Below are positions 48,614 to 59,634 of a stretch of 64,000 nucleotides of DNA, one piece after another. The notes beneath the pieces were generated by a model. That model was not told where the DNA came from and made no database searches. It saw nothing but the letters and a program-made list of their open reading frames with translations. Location: the IMG/VR virus record IMGVR_UViG_3300027770_000025, positions 284,583-348,582 of that record. One strand, 5' to 3'. Both the position numbers and the translations under genes were made by a program. Position 1 is the stretch's first letter. Each line of letters opens with the position of its first letter.

Positions 48614-51600
48614 TTATACGAATTGAATAAAGCCTCCCGCTGCTATACCACCTGTTCTGGTAACAGTAATTCTATTTATGAACTTCTGTATACCTCTAGC
48701 AGGTTCGATGATAACGTCTATGATTCCCATATTCATATCAATGATTGCTGGAGTGTTATTAGAAGCATCCATAACAGTTTGGTAGTTGTATATTCCACCG
48801 CCTGCTCTAACGCCATCTAGGTAGTTATCAACTAATGTTTTAATTTCAAGTCTAATTGAATCGTCATTAAAATCAAATAGGTAGTTAGAAAGAATTGACT
48901 GAACGTCTGTTTCGATACTTATTAAAAGGTCTCTTACGTGAACTAAGTTGAATGCAGAGTTAACTTGTTGATAAGCAGTTTGGTTACCAAAGATAACTAC
49001 CCCAATCCCTCTTCTCTTGATGATCGGGTTAATACCGAATGGTTCAAGATTTCCTCTGTCCTCATCGGTAAAGTCATATTCAACACCCACGATATTACCG
49101 CCTCCGCTTAGTATACCTCTTTTTTGACCTGCGATAATTGCATAAGGTTCTCCTGTAGCAAATTTTCTAACAAAGTTATTAGATACCATAGCAGCTGGTG
49201 GTACGTCTATATTTCTATTAGATTCCCTGATAGTAATATAAGGAGCGTAGAATGCAGCAAATTTAGATCCTTCTGCTTCACTAGGTAAACTGAAAGTATA
49301 AGAAGGATTTAGAGATAAGTTACCCCCGTCAACTATATAAGCAGTATTTAAACTTGGATAAGGATTAACAGCTGTAGGTGCGTTAGTAAATCTAGGATCT
49401 GTACTCTTTTGAAACTGAGCCATAGAAGGTGCGTTAATAAGAGCAAGCGATTGCTGTCTTATCATTGCCAATCTGCTTAACTGGTATTTAGAGTTAGGCA
49501 GAATTTGTCCAGAGAATGTATCTACTACGTATCTGAATGATATAACGTCCCTAGAAGCTAATGTCTGAGCAATATTTGTATCATACATAACATCTAGTAT
49601 GGTAGAAACTCTAGCATCAGTTCCGTTAGGTCTATGTGATTCTTTCATGGTAAATCCAGAGAGATAAGTGAAATCAAAAGATCTTGTAAATTGAGATATC
49701 GATGAGAATTTCTGAACTCTTGACATATTACCATTTCCTGAATAATAAAGAACTGGTCTAGCACATGTTGCTTTATAGGTTCCTGATGTAGTCGTAGAAG
49801 CAACTTTAGTGATCTTAGCTAATCTGCTTTGTTGATTGCCTGTTTCAGGTACGCAGATGTCAAGGTCAGTACATACTACCAAATCTCCAACCGACATAGG
49901 TACGTTTCCGTTTGCATCTTCTGTTATGTAGAATGATGTTGTGTCTATTCTAGTACAATCTACGAATTCATTAATCGATCCCTCTTGAGAAATTATATCG
50001 AATTTTTGCGATGATACCGCAGTACCGATATTATCAGAAGCATATGTTGCAGCGAATAATGCTATGTTATTTATAGTATTACCAGCTAAAGAAACGTTTG
50101 TGTGGGATCTTGTGTTAACGTAGTTGAATTGATCCCTATCTACTGTGTTTTCGAAAGTAAGGTAATTTACGCTTGTTCCCGCAGAGTTTAGCCAAATAAT
50201 ATCTCCGTCCATTATTTCGGTATATTTAACATTCTGGAATAATGTTGATGCGTTATAAGCTTGGAGAACTCTTGAGGTTCCAGTTGTAGCATTCGGACCG
50301 GTTACCCCATTAGGCGTAGGTACGTTGCTAACTAAATCTAGATAATCTGAATTACCGAATTGATAAGCGCTAGTGTAAAAAGGTTTAGCACTTCCTGAAG
50401 CTCCTGTATTATATGAGGTTACACTATAAACAGGAGATACCGTTATACCTTGAGATCTATAGTAAGATGTATCTAATGGATGGCTAAAGAATATTCTAAG
50501 CTCGTTATTGACGTCTTTAGTTCCGGTAACTTTAAGTTTAACCAAATCATGTAAAGAGAATTGGTTGATTAATGCTCCAGTTGCACCGGAGATACCTTCA
50601 ACTATACCCATTATGTATTTCTGGTCATCCGAAGAGTTAACAGTTAAGAAAGATTTTAGCTCATTCTTCTGTGTTGCATTTAATAAATAACCCGCAGTTC
50701 CACCTGTTCCTGATGTTTGGAGATAATGTAATCCCGCGTCATAAGCAGAAGAATCGTAAGGAGCAAAAGCTTGGTAAACAACTCCTGCTGTTGTACCTGC
50801 GTTGATTGCGAATAAAGTACCTGCTTTCATACCGGATGTGTATCCAGTAGCTCCTGTAGGACCCGCAAATCCACCAGCTCCAGTAACACCTATTACATTT
50901 TGTGTGTAAAGGTAATCTGCAACTAATGCCTGGTCATAACTTAGGAAGTTAATTGTAGGATTAGCTAAATCCCTGTCTCCCGATAATTCATCAATCAGGT
51001 GATTACCTACTAAATCTATTGTGTATGGATTAGTACAAATATTATCAAATGCTTCTTCGTCAATAGCACAGAATAAACCTGTTGCTGGCGAATTAGAATT
51101 TACTAAGGTTTGTATGTATTGATTAACACCATTAAGATCCACGAAGTCTGGAATTATACATCCTGTTACTGAGGTAACTATATTAACATCCTGTTGGCTA
51201 AGGAATGAATCAATTTGGCTTTTTATGAATCCGTTATTAGTAAAGTAGCTAGACCATTTTGGATCTAAAGCTAAAGCTGCATAATTTGTCCAATCCCCGG
51301 ATACTGCTATTACATCAATGAAATAATCCGAAATATAGTCGTAAGGGTGCATGAAAGTAGGAACGTTATTAGCTCCATACCAATCTAGTGCAAAAATATC
51401 AAAACCTTTTAAAGGTTTTGAAGAGTCAGTAGACTTTCTAGTAATCACACTGATAGGGGTTTTACCCAAGTTAGTTAAAGCAAATAGCTTTCCTGTGTCA
51501 GGTGTACTTAATGTAGCTAAGAAATATTTTGTATCTGCGTACCAGAATCTTTCTTTATTATAGTAAGATGAATATAACTCAGAAGTTACCACTCCGTTAT

Positions 51601-51964
51601 ATTGCTCGGTATCAAGAGAGTATGCTCTATATGTAACCTCATCTGCACTTCCAGTATCTGTGTCATTATTAAGCTTCAATAAATTTAAACCGAAAACCGG
51701 TCCAGTATTTAAACAGGTTAATATCGATCGGTGGAAGAAAGACCCCTTATTTTCTAAGGATCTATCAATGTCTCCAAACACAGAGATCATAGTAGTAGGA
51801 TCAGGAATGTATACAGGAGTATTGAAAGGTCCCTTATTAGAGAAACCCACAACCAATCTAATCGTTTGAGATGTTAGGATAACGCTTTGTGACGCGTCGA
51901 ATTCAAGAGTATAAACCCCTGAGGCTTTAAACTGTGAATAGTCTATTTTAACCTTATTTGCCAT
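48614..51964 (-). CDS. gp18: Contractile tail sheath protein (gp18-like) with large insertions
   Basis: SGVYTLEFD, VGFSNKGPFNTP, VPPAAMV, INPI, VRDLLISIE, LFDFND, IIEPARG; late motif at 51994-52001. Confidence 0.92.
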   Translation of the reverse strand: MANKVKIDYSQFKASGVYTLEFDASQSVILTSQTIRLVVGFSNKGPFNTPVYIPDPTTMISVFGDIDRSLENKGSFFHRSILTCLNTGPVFGLNLLKLNNDTDTGSADEVTYRAYSLDTEQYNGVVTSELYSSYYNKERFWYADTKYFLATLSTPDTGKLFALTNLGKTPISVITRKSTDSSKPLKGFDIFALDWYGANNVPTFMHPYDYISDYFIDVIAVSGDWTNYAALALDPKWSSYFTNNGFIKSQIDSFLSQQDVNIVTSVTGCIIPDFVDLNGVNQYIQTLVNSNSPATGLFCAIDEEAFDNICTNPYTIDLVGNHLIDELSGDRDLANPTINFLSYDQALVADYLYTQNVIGVTGAGGFAGPTGATGYTSGMKAGTLFAINAGTTAGVVYQAFAPYDSSAYDAGLHYLQTSGTGGTAGYLLNATQKNELKSFLTVNSSDDQKYIMGIVEGISGATGALINQFSLHDLVKLKVTGTKDVNNELRIFFSHPLDTSYYRSQGITVSPVYSVTSYNTGASGSAKPFYTSAYQFGNSDYLDLVSNVPTPNGVTGPNATTGTSRVLQAYNASTLFQNVKYTEIMDGDIIWLNSAGTSVNYLTFENTVDRDQFNYVNTRSHTNVSLAGNTINNIALFAATYASDNIGTAVSSQKFDIISQEGSINEFVDCTRIDTTSFYITEDANGNVPMSVGDLVVCTDLDICVPETGNQQSRLAKITKVASTTTSGTYKATCARPVLYYSGNGNMSRVQKFSSISQFTRSFDFTYLSGFTMKESHRPNGTDARVSTILDVMYDTNIAQTLASRDVISFRYVVDTFSGQILPNSKYQLSRLAMIRQQSLALINAPSMAQFQKSTDPRFTNAPTAVNPYPSLNTAYIVDGGNLSLNPSYTFSLPSEAEGSKFAAFYAPYITIRESNRNIDVPPAAMVSNNFVRKFATGEPYAIIAGQKRGILSGGGNIVGVEYDFTDEDRGNLEPFGINPIIKRRGIGVVIFGNQTAYQQVNSAFNLVHVRDLLISIETDVQSILSNYLFDFNDDSIRLEIKTLVDNYLDGVRAGGGIYNYQTVMDASNNTPAIIDMNMGIIDVIIEPARGIQKFINRITVTRTGGIAAGGFIQFV

Positions 51965-52036
51965 TATTTTTAAGATATTTTTTGCTTCTTTACTATATAT
52001 CGAAATAGAAAGTAGAATATTAGATCAATTGAATCT

Positions 52037-53878
52037 TCAGAGCAATTTATTGAAATCCCCATAGCTTCTTCCATCTTTAGTCAAAGGACCTTTGTTTCCG
52101 TATCCGTATTCATCATTTTCTGTTGCAATTCCAGCTTCGAGCTTTGCTGTTATTAGTTGTTTGTATTCATTGTCAAGTTCATCAAAGACATCACCGACCA
52201 TTTGGTTGAAATCATATCCATCAAAAAGACCCGGTAGATTCACTAAAGTCATTGCTACGTCATCATGCCCGGTCTGGCTAGAATATGTTCCCCTGTTATT
52301 AAGTCCAAATGTAAATAGTTCAGGGATTGTCCATTTCTTATCATTTACTAAGATTTTTCCCTCCCTTATTAAACTTCTAAGAAGTTCACAGTACTTCATC
52401 TTGTTTTTTTCATTGTATTTAATACCTGGTTTTAGAATCCGAGCAGACTCTGAGTGTTTTGTAAATAAAAACATCTCATCATAATAATCATCATCAGTCA
52501 TTAGTTTTTCATAAAGCAATTCACCCTTGAAATTCATCTCAATAGCTAATTTAGTTCTATCTATGCTTACAACTTTTACTAATCCTCTTAATAGCTTAAC
52601 CAGCTCTTCTAATTTTATCTCGTTATCTCTAAAAACCCCAACCTGTACAAGTCCGAAGAAATCTGACTCATCTTCAAATTCCTCTATTGCTTCTATTACT
52701 TTTTTAGGTAAGGGGGTAACCTTGAATATATTAACAACAGTAAAATCACCCTTTATACCTGCGCTTATATCAACAGAAAAGACGAACTTCTTACCTGGGG
52801 AGTTAGCATTATCTAGATTAAATTTAGGATGCCATAGGAGTTTTTCGTAATTAAGACTTTCCTCGTAATGTAAGCAATCTATCTCTCTCCATTCATATTC
52901 AACTTCATTAGACTTAATTTTTTTAAGCTCATTGGAGCCTAAAAGTAAAGATGAAGAGCTTAAGAATTGGTTACCGTATTCCTGATTGAAGAGTTCCTCG
53001 CTTCCAAGGTTACCTATTTCCAGTTGTTTCCATGCTTCGTCTCTTCCTGGAACTTGCCACCAATCAACCCTTATTGGATTAAAACTATTCTCTCCAGTGA
53101 GAGCACCCTGGTAAATCTCATAGAATTTATTCATTCCATTCGGAGTGGATGTTATGATTATTCTAGATACCTTTGATGATGATACAGTAGGATACGTAGA
53201 TCTAAAGAATGCTTCAATAAAGTTAGTATTAATATGAGCAAACTCATCCATATAAAGGAAGTGTATAGTAAAACCGATACCTGATGTTTTAGTTGTAGTT
53301 TTAGCTAGAATTCTACATCCGTTATCAAATCTCATTGACATCACATTATTAACTATCATTCCAGGTTTAAGAAAGAATGGCAGACCTTTTATAATCGCCT
53401 TGATCTTATCCATTAACTCTTCTGCAGTATCGCCAACATTGGCTAGAATCATCGCATTTTTATCATGATTGAATAAGAGATACCAAACAAGTATAATAGA
53501 TGAAGTTATGGATTTACCAACCTGTCTAGGGGCTAGGAATATATTAAATCTATTTGCCTGATATTCTCTAAGAACAGAGCTTTGATAATCCCTAAGCTTG
53601 ATGTAATTTAAACCCTCATCTGTCATTACCTGGCAGTATTTAGAGAAATATGTAACGTCTTCCGCACATTTTCTCATCTCGAGAATCTCCTCATTAGTAT
53701 ACTCCCAAAGTATATTTGGTTTTTTTAGATCAGGATTTCCGTCATGAAATGGGTTATCCACTTCTTTGTAATCTAATCCCTCTTCATCGATTTTTCTAAG
53801 AAGTTCATTTACTCTTTCTGTGCTCCAATAGCTACTTTCTGATTGGACTTCCTCTTTTTGTACTGCTTCTGAAAACAT
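52037..53878 (-). CDS. gp17: Terminase large subunit (gp17-like)
   Basis: LRDYQ, PRQVGKS, YMDEFAH, ITSTPNG, FNQEY, VDISAG, GHDDVAM. Confidence 0.95.
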   Translation of the reverse strand: MFSEAVQKEEVQSESSYWSTERVNELLRKIDEEGLDYKEVDNPFHDGNPDLKKPNILWEYTNEEILEMRKCAEDVTYFSKYCQVMTDEGLNYIKLRDYQSSVLREYQANRFNIFLAPRQVGKSITSSIILVWYLLFNHDKNAMILANVGDTAEELMDKIKAIIKGLPFFLKPGMIVNNVMSMRFDNGCRILAKTTTKTSGIGFTIHFLYMDEFAHINTNFIEAFFRSTYPTVSSSKVSRIIITSTPNGMNKFYEIYQGALTGENSFNPIRVDWWQVPGRDEAWKQLEIGNLGSEELFNQEYGNQFLSSSSLLLGSNELKKIKSNEVEYEWREIDCLHYEESLNYEKLLWHPKFNLDNANSPGKKFVFSVDISAGIKGDFTVVNIFKVTPLPKKVIEAIEEFEDESDFFGLVQVGVFRDNEIKLEELVKLLRGLVKVVSIDRTKLAIEMNFKGELLYEKLMTDDDYYDEMFLFTKHSESARILKPGIKYNEKNKMKYCELLRSLIREGKILVNDKKWTIPELFTFGLNNRGTYSSQTGHDDVAMTLVNLPGLFDGYDFNQMVGDVFDELDNEYKQLITAKLEAGIATENDEYGYGNKGPLTKDGRSYGDFNKLL

Positions 53879-53879
53879 A

Positions 53880-54659
53880 TTATTCTATTATATCGTCCTC
53901 GATAATGAAGTTGCTTTGATCTTCCTCATCGTCTTGCGGACGGAATTTATCATCAATCAATTTTTTTTCTCTCGCATTAACAACGGAGTTAGGATCAAGT
54001 TCTATAGGTTTAACATCAATAACCTCGTTTCCTAGTATATCCCTAAGACCCTCCATTATACCTCTTGTTCCCCTAGATCTTATACCAGCTCCATCCGTAT
54101 TAGAAGGATAGAAACTATTACCCTCGCCCGTCTGATTTTGATCCATAACTACTCCACCTGAATGTTTCTTTACTTCAAGTTCTGCATTTACCCTTTTATA
54201 GCTCTGCTCCATTTTTTCAAGGTAAGCCTGATAATCCTTGGGCATTTGCATTATTTGAGATTGAAGCTGAGCAAGCACCTCAAAAATTCTAGGATGCATG
54301 TTTCCTAAATCTATCTCTTCTAGTAATTTAGTGATCGCATGTTGAGCAGATTTCATCTGAAACATCATCGATGAAACGTTCATAGCATCAACTTTTTTCT
54401 TAACATCAAGAAATTCTACGTGCCCGTGAGCGTCAGGATCTACATAGAATTTTGCTACTGAATCCATTAAAAATCTGGCCTCTGTTAAAGCACTAAGCTT
54501 CTCGTCGGCAAAATTCATGAGTTCTGATGTTTTTAATCTCGGAAGGTCTCCAGAATCTAAAGAAATTGAATCCAGAGATTCTTCCATTATTATGGCATCT
54601 AGATTTTCTTTTATTTTCTCCTGTATTACCTTCTCTGGTTTAGGTTTTCTTCTTGGCAT
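53880..54659 (-). CDS. Hypothetical protein, candidate terminase small subunit
   Basis: Immediately upstream of TerL; helical HPRIFEVLAQL motif reminiscent of T4 gp16. Confidence 0.5.
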   Translation of the reverse strand: MPRRKPKPEKVIQEKIKENLDAIIMEESLDSISLDSGDLPRLKTSELMNFADEKLSALTEARFLMDSVAKFYVDPDAHGHVEFLDVKKKVDAMNVSSMMFQMKSAQHAITKLLEEIDLGNMHPRIFEVLAQLQSQIMQMPKDYQAYLEKMEQSYKRVNAELEVKKHSGGVVMDQNQTGEGNSFYPSNTDGAGIRSRGTRGIMEGLRDILGNEVIDVKPIELDPNSVVNAREKKLIDDKFRPQDDEEDQSNFIIEDDIIE

Positions 54660-54662
54660 ATT

Positions 54663-57152
54663 TTATCTGTTTCTAGCGAACTTAGGTATGTTCATCAATG
54701 GTTTAGCATTATCAATTATGTGTGCTAGTTGCGAATCCCTTACTATGTTTTGATTTAAAACAGTAGATTGGGTATCAACATCTATCATATTTTTAAATAG
54801 TCTTATATTACTTAGATATATCGGACCTGTGAATATTTTATAGGCATTTGTTTCTGTTCCATAGAATGGACTTGCTTTATCTGTGTTAATATTAGAAGGT
54901 GCGGCAAATAATATAGGCTCAGTAAACATTCTAACTTCCTCGTGTAGCTTTTTTAATTTACTAGATTGCTCGTTCGGATTAACAGGATCGTAGGTCATCC
55001 CCCATATGTTAGCTGCTATCTGTTTATATGTATTAGAAATATTAACAACTACGCCATACCATTCCCCGTATTCTGGTGTAAATTGTAAAGGAGAATTTAT
55101 GATCATACTATTAAGTCTTATAACCAAGCTCCCCTGGTCTAAGAAAGGATTAGTATTTTCGTCCATTACTCCTGAGTGTATTAGATCTACTCTCATACCC
55201 TTCATGTCAGAATTAGCGTCTAAATAAAGACCGCTTATTAAATTTCTACTTTGTGCTTTTTGTACTTTCCAAACTATAGTTCCTTGTGAGAAAGTGGTTG
55301 AGTTATTTTTGACAGTAAATCTATACTCGTCAATAACTGATAAAACCTCATATCCCCCAGAGTGTAGCTTATCAGCTCTTATTGCAACATAACCTTCAGG
55401 ATTTGTAGCATAGGTTTCCCATCTTTCTAATCTATGTCTATTGGGATAAGTACTTAAATATAAATAATCAGAATCAGAGTTCTCTAGGGTTGCATTTAAT
55501 ATCGGATAACCTCTTTTAGTCATCTTTGTGTTATCGTAGAAATCTCTTAAAGTGAACCAACAAGTGTATGCTAATTCCTCATTATCTCTTAATAAAGGAA
55601 GTGACTTATATCTAACAGCATTCTTATATCTGCTAGGATCGAATATAAATTCAGGCGTATCAGAAAAAGCTTCACTTAGATCATAATAGTTATTTAAAAC
55701 TATTGTCCAGTTATTATTAAGATCGTATTCGATTATCGGAAGATCATTATAAACATAAGATCTGATAGGATCCTGAGACATCTGTGTTATTGTGGTAGCG
55801 TACTGTTGTGGCTTAGAAGACTTTAGCTCCTCAGATTTAACTTCTTCTCCGAATAACTCCTGAGTAGTTACCGCTATTCCTTCTAGTTCCTCCTTGTATG
55901 CAGGATCTTGAAAATATGTATTACTTCTAGGACTGTATTTCTGTAGCTCTATTTTAAAATAAACCGGAGCATTCATGAAATCCCTGAATAAATAAGTTGA
56001 ATTTATTTCGTAAATTCTATTAGTTATAGGGAAGTAAAGAATATCTCTCTTTCTAGGTTGTGATCCTTTACCAAATATGCTTTCAAAATATTTTCTATCT
56101 ATTTGAATTTCAAAAGGATTTTCAAACTGAAGTCCAAAAGGATCATAATTTATTTTATTATCAGGGAATTGATTTTGGGGAACTAGTATTTTAACACATT
56201 TCTCATCAACAACATTGAAAAGAGTGTATTCTCTAAGAATAACATCTTTACCCCTTCCCTGAGGTTGTACAGAATAATAGTTTGCTTCTAATCCAAAAAC
56301 TTTATTAACCATCTGGCTTAAATCCTGATAAAGATTTAAAGCTTTATTTACTGCATAAGGATTGAATGTGAAATTACAATCACTAAATATAACGGGTCTA
56401 GTTGAAACCTCATTAGAACATATTAGTGCAGGTTTTGATATAACTTTCTCTGGTGTAGGAGCATATTCAAGATCAAGTTCAAATTGAACTATCACTATGC
56501 TAGGATCTATTGGTTCGTCTGTATTATAGATTAATGTGCCATCATCATTGACAAGGACAGAGGTAAATCTGAATTCGGGGTAGAACTTATTATTGGGATC
56601 TAAAGTTATTTCAAAAAGATCCGAGAATTCGTTTGTTAATCCTCCTAAAGCTGTTCCTACATTTGTCCAAAGAGACCATGTTTTTCCGTCTATGCTATAT
56701 CTGAAATCTATAGCGATATCATCAGCATCTAATATAGATCCCGAATTATTACTGTTTCCCGTATCAATTATCCATCCCTTAAATTTAGTGACGTATGTAA
56801 ATGGATTATCCCATGATAGAATTCTATAATTACCTATATACGTGAAGTTTAAGGCACTATCTAGCTGTTCTATTCTGGTATTATAGTAATCAATGCTATC
56901 GCAAGGCTTGTAGTAAGTTTTGCCCTCTATTACAACTGTGTGATATCCATCACATCCTATTTGTAATGCTCTAGCTTTTGCAGATTCTGGGGTAGCAAAA
57001 AGATTATCTACTGAAGATTTTTTAATCTTATCAGTATTCTGCAACCCGTCATGATATTTATATCTTATATCAGTAAGATCGTATTGCTCCCCGCTTCCGT
57101 TATAAACTGGGGTTCCTTTCTTAGGAAACTTGTCCTCTGGGTTAAAACTCAT
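54663..57152 (-). CDS. gp14: Neck protein (gp14-like) with N- and C-terminal accessory domains
   Basis: FGLQFENPFEIQIDRKYFE...PRKRDILYFPITNRIYEI core; late motif at 57175-57182. Confidence 0.7.
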   Translation of the reverse strand: MSFNPEDKFPKKGTPVYNGSGEQYDLTDIRYKYHDGLQNTDKIKKSSVDNLFATPESAKARALQIGCDGYHTVVIEGKTYYKPCDSIDYYNTRIEQLDSALNFTYIGNYRILSWDNPFTYVTKFKGWIIDTGNSNNSGSILDADDIAIDFRYSIDGKTWSLWTNVGTALGGLTNEFSDLFEITLDPNNKFYPEFRFTSVLVNDDGTLIYNTDEPIDPSIVIVQFELDLEYAPTPEKVISKPALICSNEVSTRPVIFSDCNFTFNPYAVNKALNLYQDLSQMVNKVFGLEANYYSVQPQGRGKDVILREYTLFNVVDEKCVKILVPQNQFPDNKINYDPFGLQFENPFEIQIDRKYFESIFGKGSQPRKRDILYFPITNRIYEINSTYLFRDFMNAPVYFKIELQKYSPRSNTYFQDPAYKEELEGIAVTTQELFGEEVKSEELKSSKPQQYATTITQMSQDPIRSYVYNDLPIIEYDLNNNWTIVLNNYYDLSEAFSDTPEFIFDPSRYKNAVRYKSLPLLRDNEELAYTCWFTLRDFYDNTKMTKRGYPILNATLENSDSDYLYLSTYPNRHRLERWETYATNPEGYVAIRADKLHSGGYEVLSVIDEYRFTVKNNSTTFSQGTIVWKVQKAQSRNLISGLYLDANSDMKGMRVDLIHSGVMDENTNPFLDQGSLVIRLNSMIINSPLQFTPEYGEWYGVVVNISNTYKQIAANIWGMTYDPVNPNEQSSKLKKLHEEVRMFTEPILFAAPSNINTDKASPFYGTETNAYKIFTGPIYLSNIRLFKNMIDVDTQSTVLNQNIVRDSQLAHIIDNAKPLMNIPKFARNR

Positions 57153-57204
57153 TATTTAGTGGATATCTTTTCTTTATATATCCACTTAAATAAATAAGAG
57201 AAGC

Positions 57205-58386
57205 TTAGACTTCTTCAGAAGTCCATTCGATAACGGATTGAAATACACGTTCTGGTGTTATTGATTTAGTACATTCAAAATGTCTATCTGTGTCCTTATG
57301 CTCAGGACACCACAACCAATCACCTTTATCGAACTTATGTTCAACTTTATTGAAGCATCCGTGGCAAACATCGGTGTTTATTATTCTGAGAGTTTTGTCA
57401 GAGAATTCACAAAATGGTTGGGTGAAACCTGAGATCACAACAACGGGAACGTCTAAGCCCCAGGCCAGCCACGAAAGACCTGAACTTACACCAACGAAGA
57501 ATTCACAATTAAGTATATCGCTTATTCTGTCCTCTATTGGTCTATCACCAGTTCTATCAATCACATTAGAAAAATGATTTCCCTGTTTATGAATTACAAC
57601 AACTTCATATCCTATACTTTTAAATAGATCAATAAGCTGCTGCCATCCTCCGGGATAATTCCAATGTTTTGCAGCAGCAGTAGATTCTGTTCCGATACAA
57701 ATGTATTTTTTATCCGAAGGGGTTTCATTTATTGCTTTCTTTAATCTTGGTCTGATCTCACCGATATATTCTAGTCCTAATATATCTGATGCAACTTTCT
57801 GCAGCGGACATAATCTAGGATCAACTTTATGATGATTAATATCGGTTTCTTGATACCATCCAATTCCAACTAAAACGTCAATATTATCCTCTCTATATCC
57901 TGGGTGTTTGAATTTAAGAACATCATATTGTCCTTCGAATAGGTGATTCCAGAAAGTAGTGATTGTTATATCCGAACAGTTATGAACCTCTGCGAATCTA
58001 TTAACATAAGGGACCCAAGCTAAAGTGTCACCAAGTGAACTGCTTTCTAAAGAAATTATCACTTTACCCGATCTTATCTTTTTAAAAAGGTTGAATTCAT
58101 GAACCTGCTCACCATTCTTGTCATAAACAAATATCGTTACATCATCAATCCATCTTCTGTATGCGTAGCAGAAATGACCTGTAATTATCTGGGAAGAGTA
58201 TATTACAGAACCCGATGCGTCTTTTATATGTACTGTATACGGTTCAACATTAAAATCTCCAAAGTCTATAGTTACTTTAGGCGATTGATCAAACTGGGCT
58301 CTTATCTTTACCTTATGTTTAAATATAGGGTAATCTGACTTTTTTACGTCATCATAGATAGCTATTGATTCCTTGTGTATCTGCAT
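57205..58386 (-). CDS. Aah/TibC-like protein O-heptosyltransferase homolog (GT-B, Cys cluster)
   Basis: SSSLGDTLAWVPY, KHWNYPGGWQ, FVGVSSGLSWLAW, ISGFT, CHGCFN...WCP...FECTKSI. Confidence 0.8.
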   Translation of the reverse strand: MQIHKESIAIYDDVKKSDYPIFKHKVKIRAQFDQSPKVTIDFGDFNVEPYTVHIKDASGSVIYSSQIITGHFCYAYRRWIDDVTIFVYDKNGEQVHEFNLFKKIRSGKVIISLESSSLGDTLAWVPYVNRFAEVHNCSDITITTFWNHLFEGQYDVLKFKHPGYREDNIDVLVGIGWYQETDINHHKVDPRLCPLQKVASDILGLEYIGEIRPRLKKAINETPSDKKYICIGTESTAAAKHWNYPGGWQQLIDLFKSIGYEVVVIHKQGNHFSNVIDRTGDRPIEDRISDILNCEFFVGVSSGLSWLAWGLDVPVVVISGFTQPFCEFSDKTLRIINTDVCHGCFNKVEHKFDKGDWLWCPEHKDTDRHFECTKSITPERVFQSVIEWTSEEV

Positions 58387-58393
58387 TGATCAT

Positions 58394-59350
58394 TTATTTT
58401 TTAATAAACCCGAGTATTTCTAAAATCTGATAAATATTCTTCGAATCATCATCAGTCATATAATAAGCATCTTCGTTGTTATTATATGAGCCCGAATAGG
58501 TTGGTAAATCCCTAAATAGTACAGGGGTCTTCCAAGAAAGCGATTCCTTTATGCATAGAGGATTTAATTCTATAATTGAATTAAAAACAAATAAATCTGC
58601 AGCTTGATAGAATACATCAACATCATTTCTTTCCCCCCAAATAGTGCAATTTCCAGGTAATTCATCCATTAGGGGTTTCCAATAATCCTCAAAATTAGAA
58701 GCTTGGTTTCCTACGAAATGAAATTGTATAGGGAAATATTCAAGTAGTCTAGCGTACTTAATAAGCTCCCCCTGATTTTTACCAGGGGTAAATAATCCAA
58801 CATTTATAACATGTTTTTTAGAGTGATCTAGCCCTAGATATTCTATAGAATTATTTTTGTCTGGTTTTTTAATTTCAATCGGATACTCTAGTAGTTCGCT
58901 AGGGATTCCTAGGATTTTGAATTTTTCATCTATCCATTTAGAAACCATGACAAACTTATCTGGTTTATAAATTTTGATCGTGGGATCGAATTGTGAACTA
59001 TGACAGGTCTCACATATAACATAATCCCTTTCCGGCCGATAAATGTTCTTTAGAACTTCATTATCAACAAATGTTTCGGGTAACTCTTCGAAATGTACCA
59101 CATCAGGTCTTATCTGTTCTATTATTTCTATTAGCCTTTTCTTATCGTCACCAAGAGCTATAAACCTATCACCAAGAATTGATATAACTTTATTTCTCTG
59201 GACAACATAATGATCACCATAGAAACTGTATTCCACACAATATATCTCAGCAGAGTCGTTTAATGACTCTATCTTCTTTAGTAGATATTGGGGAAGTCCT
59301 CCGGTAGAAAAATGTGGGGAAATATAAAGTATTCTCCTTCTATTTTCCAT
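58394..59350 (-). CDS. Glycosyltransferase family 4 (GT-B)
   Basis: PHFSTGGLPQY, NVGLFTPGKNQ, ADLFVFNSIIELNPLCIKES. Confidence 0.85.
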   Translation of the reverse strand: MENRRRILYISPHFSTGGLPQYLLKKIESLNDSAEIYCVEYSFYGDHYVVQRNKVISILGDRFIALGDDKKRLIEIIEQIRPDVVHFEELPETFVDNEVLKNIYRPERDYVICETCHSSQFDPTIKIYKPDKFVMVSKWIDEKFKILGIPSELLEYPIEIKKPDKNNSIEYLGLDHSKKHVINVGLFTPGKNQGELIKYARLLEYFPIQFHFVGNQASNFEDYWKPLMDELPGNCTIWGERNDVDVFYQAADLFVFNSIIELNPLCIKESLSWKTPVLFRDLPTYSGSYNNNEDAYYMTDDDSKNIYQILEILGFIKK

Positions 59351-59358
59351 ATTGAGTA

Positions 59359-59634
59359 TTAACCTTCTTTTGTAAATATTCCGCTTTCGAAATCAAGTTT
59401 TCCGTTTCCGAATTGGTCAGTTACTTTTTTCTGTAAATCTGATTCCTTTAAAGAGATATCTTCTGCATAATCGTAAAGAGAATTAATCTCTGTCTCAATA
59501 ATTTCTAAATCTTTTCTATGAAAAGCTGCTTCGATGTTAAGTCTTCCTACTCTAACAACGTTTGCTGTTAATTCGTCTCTTAATTTCTGGATCTCCATTA
59601 AGAGTTCTTCTGGTAATTTAATTTGTTCTGACAT
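59359..59634 (-). CDS. Small coiled-coil protein
   Basis: Coiled coil ending FGNGKLDFESGIF. Confidence 0.7.
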   Translation of the reverse strand: MSEQIKLPEELLMEIQKLRDELTANVVRVGRLNIEAAFHRKDLEIIETEINSLYDYAEDISLKESDLQKKVTDQFGNGKLDFESGIFTKEG

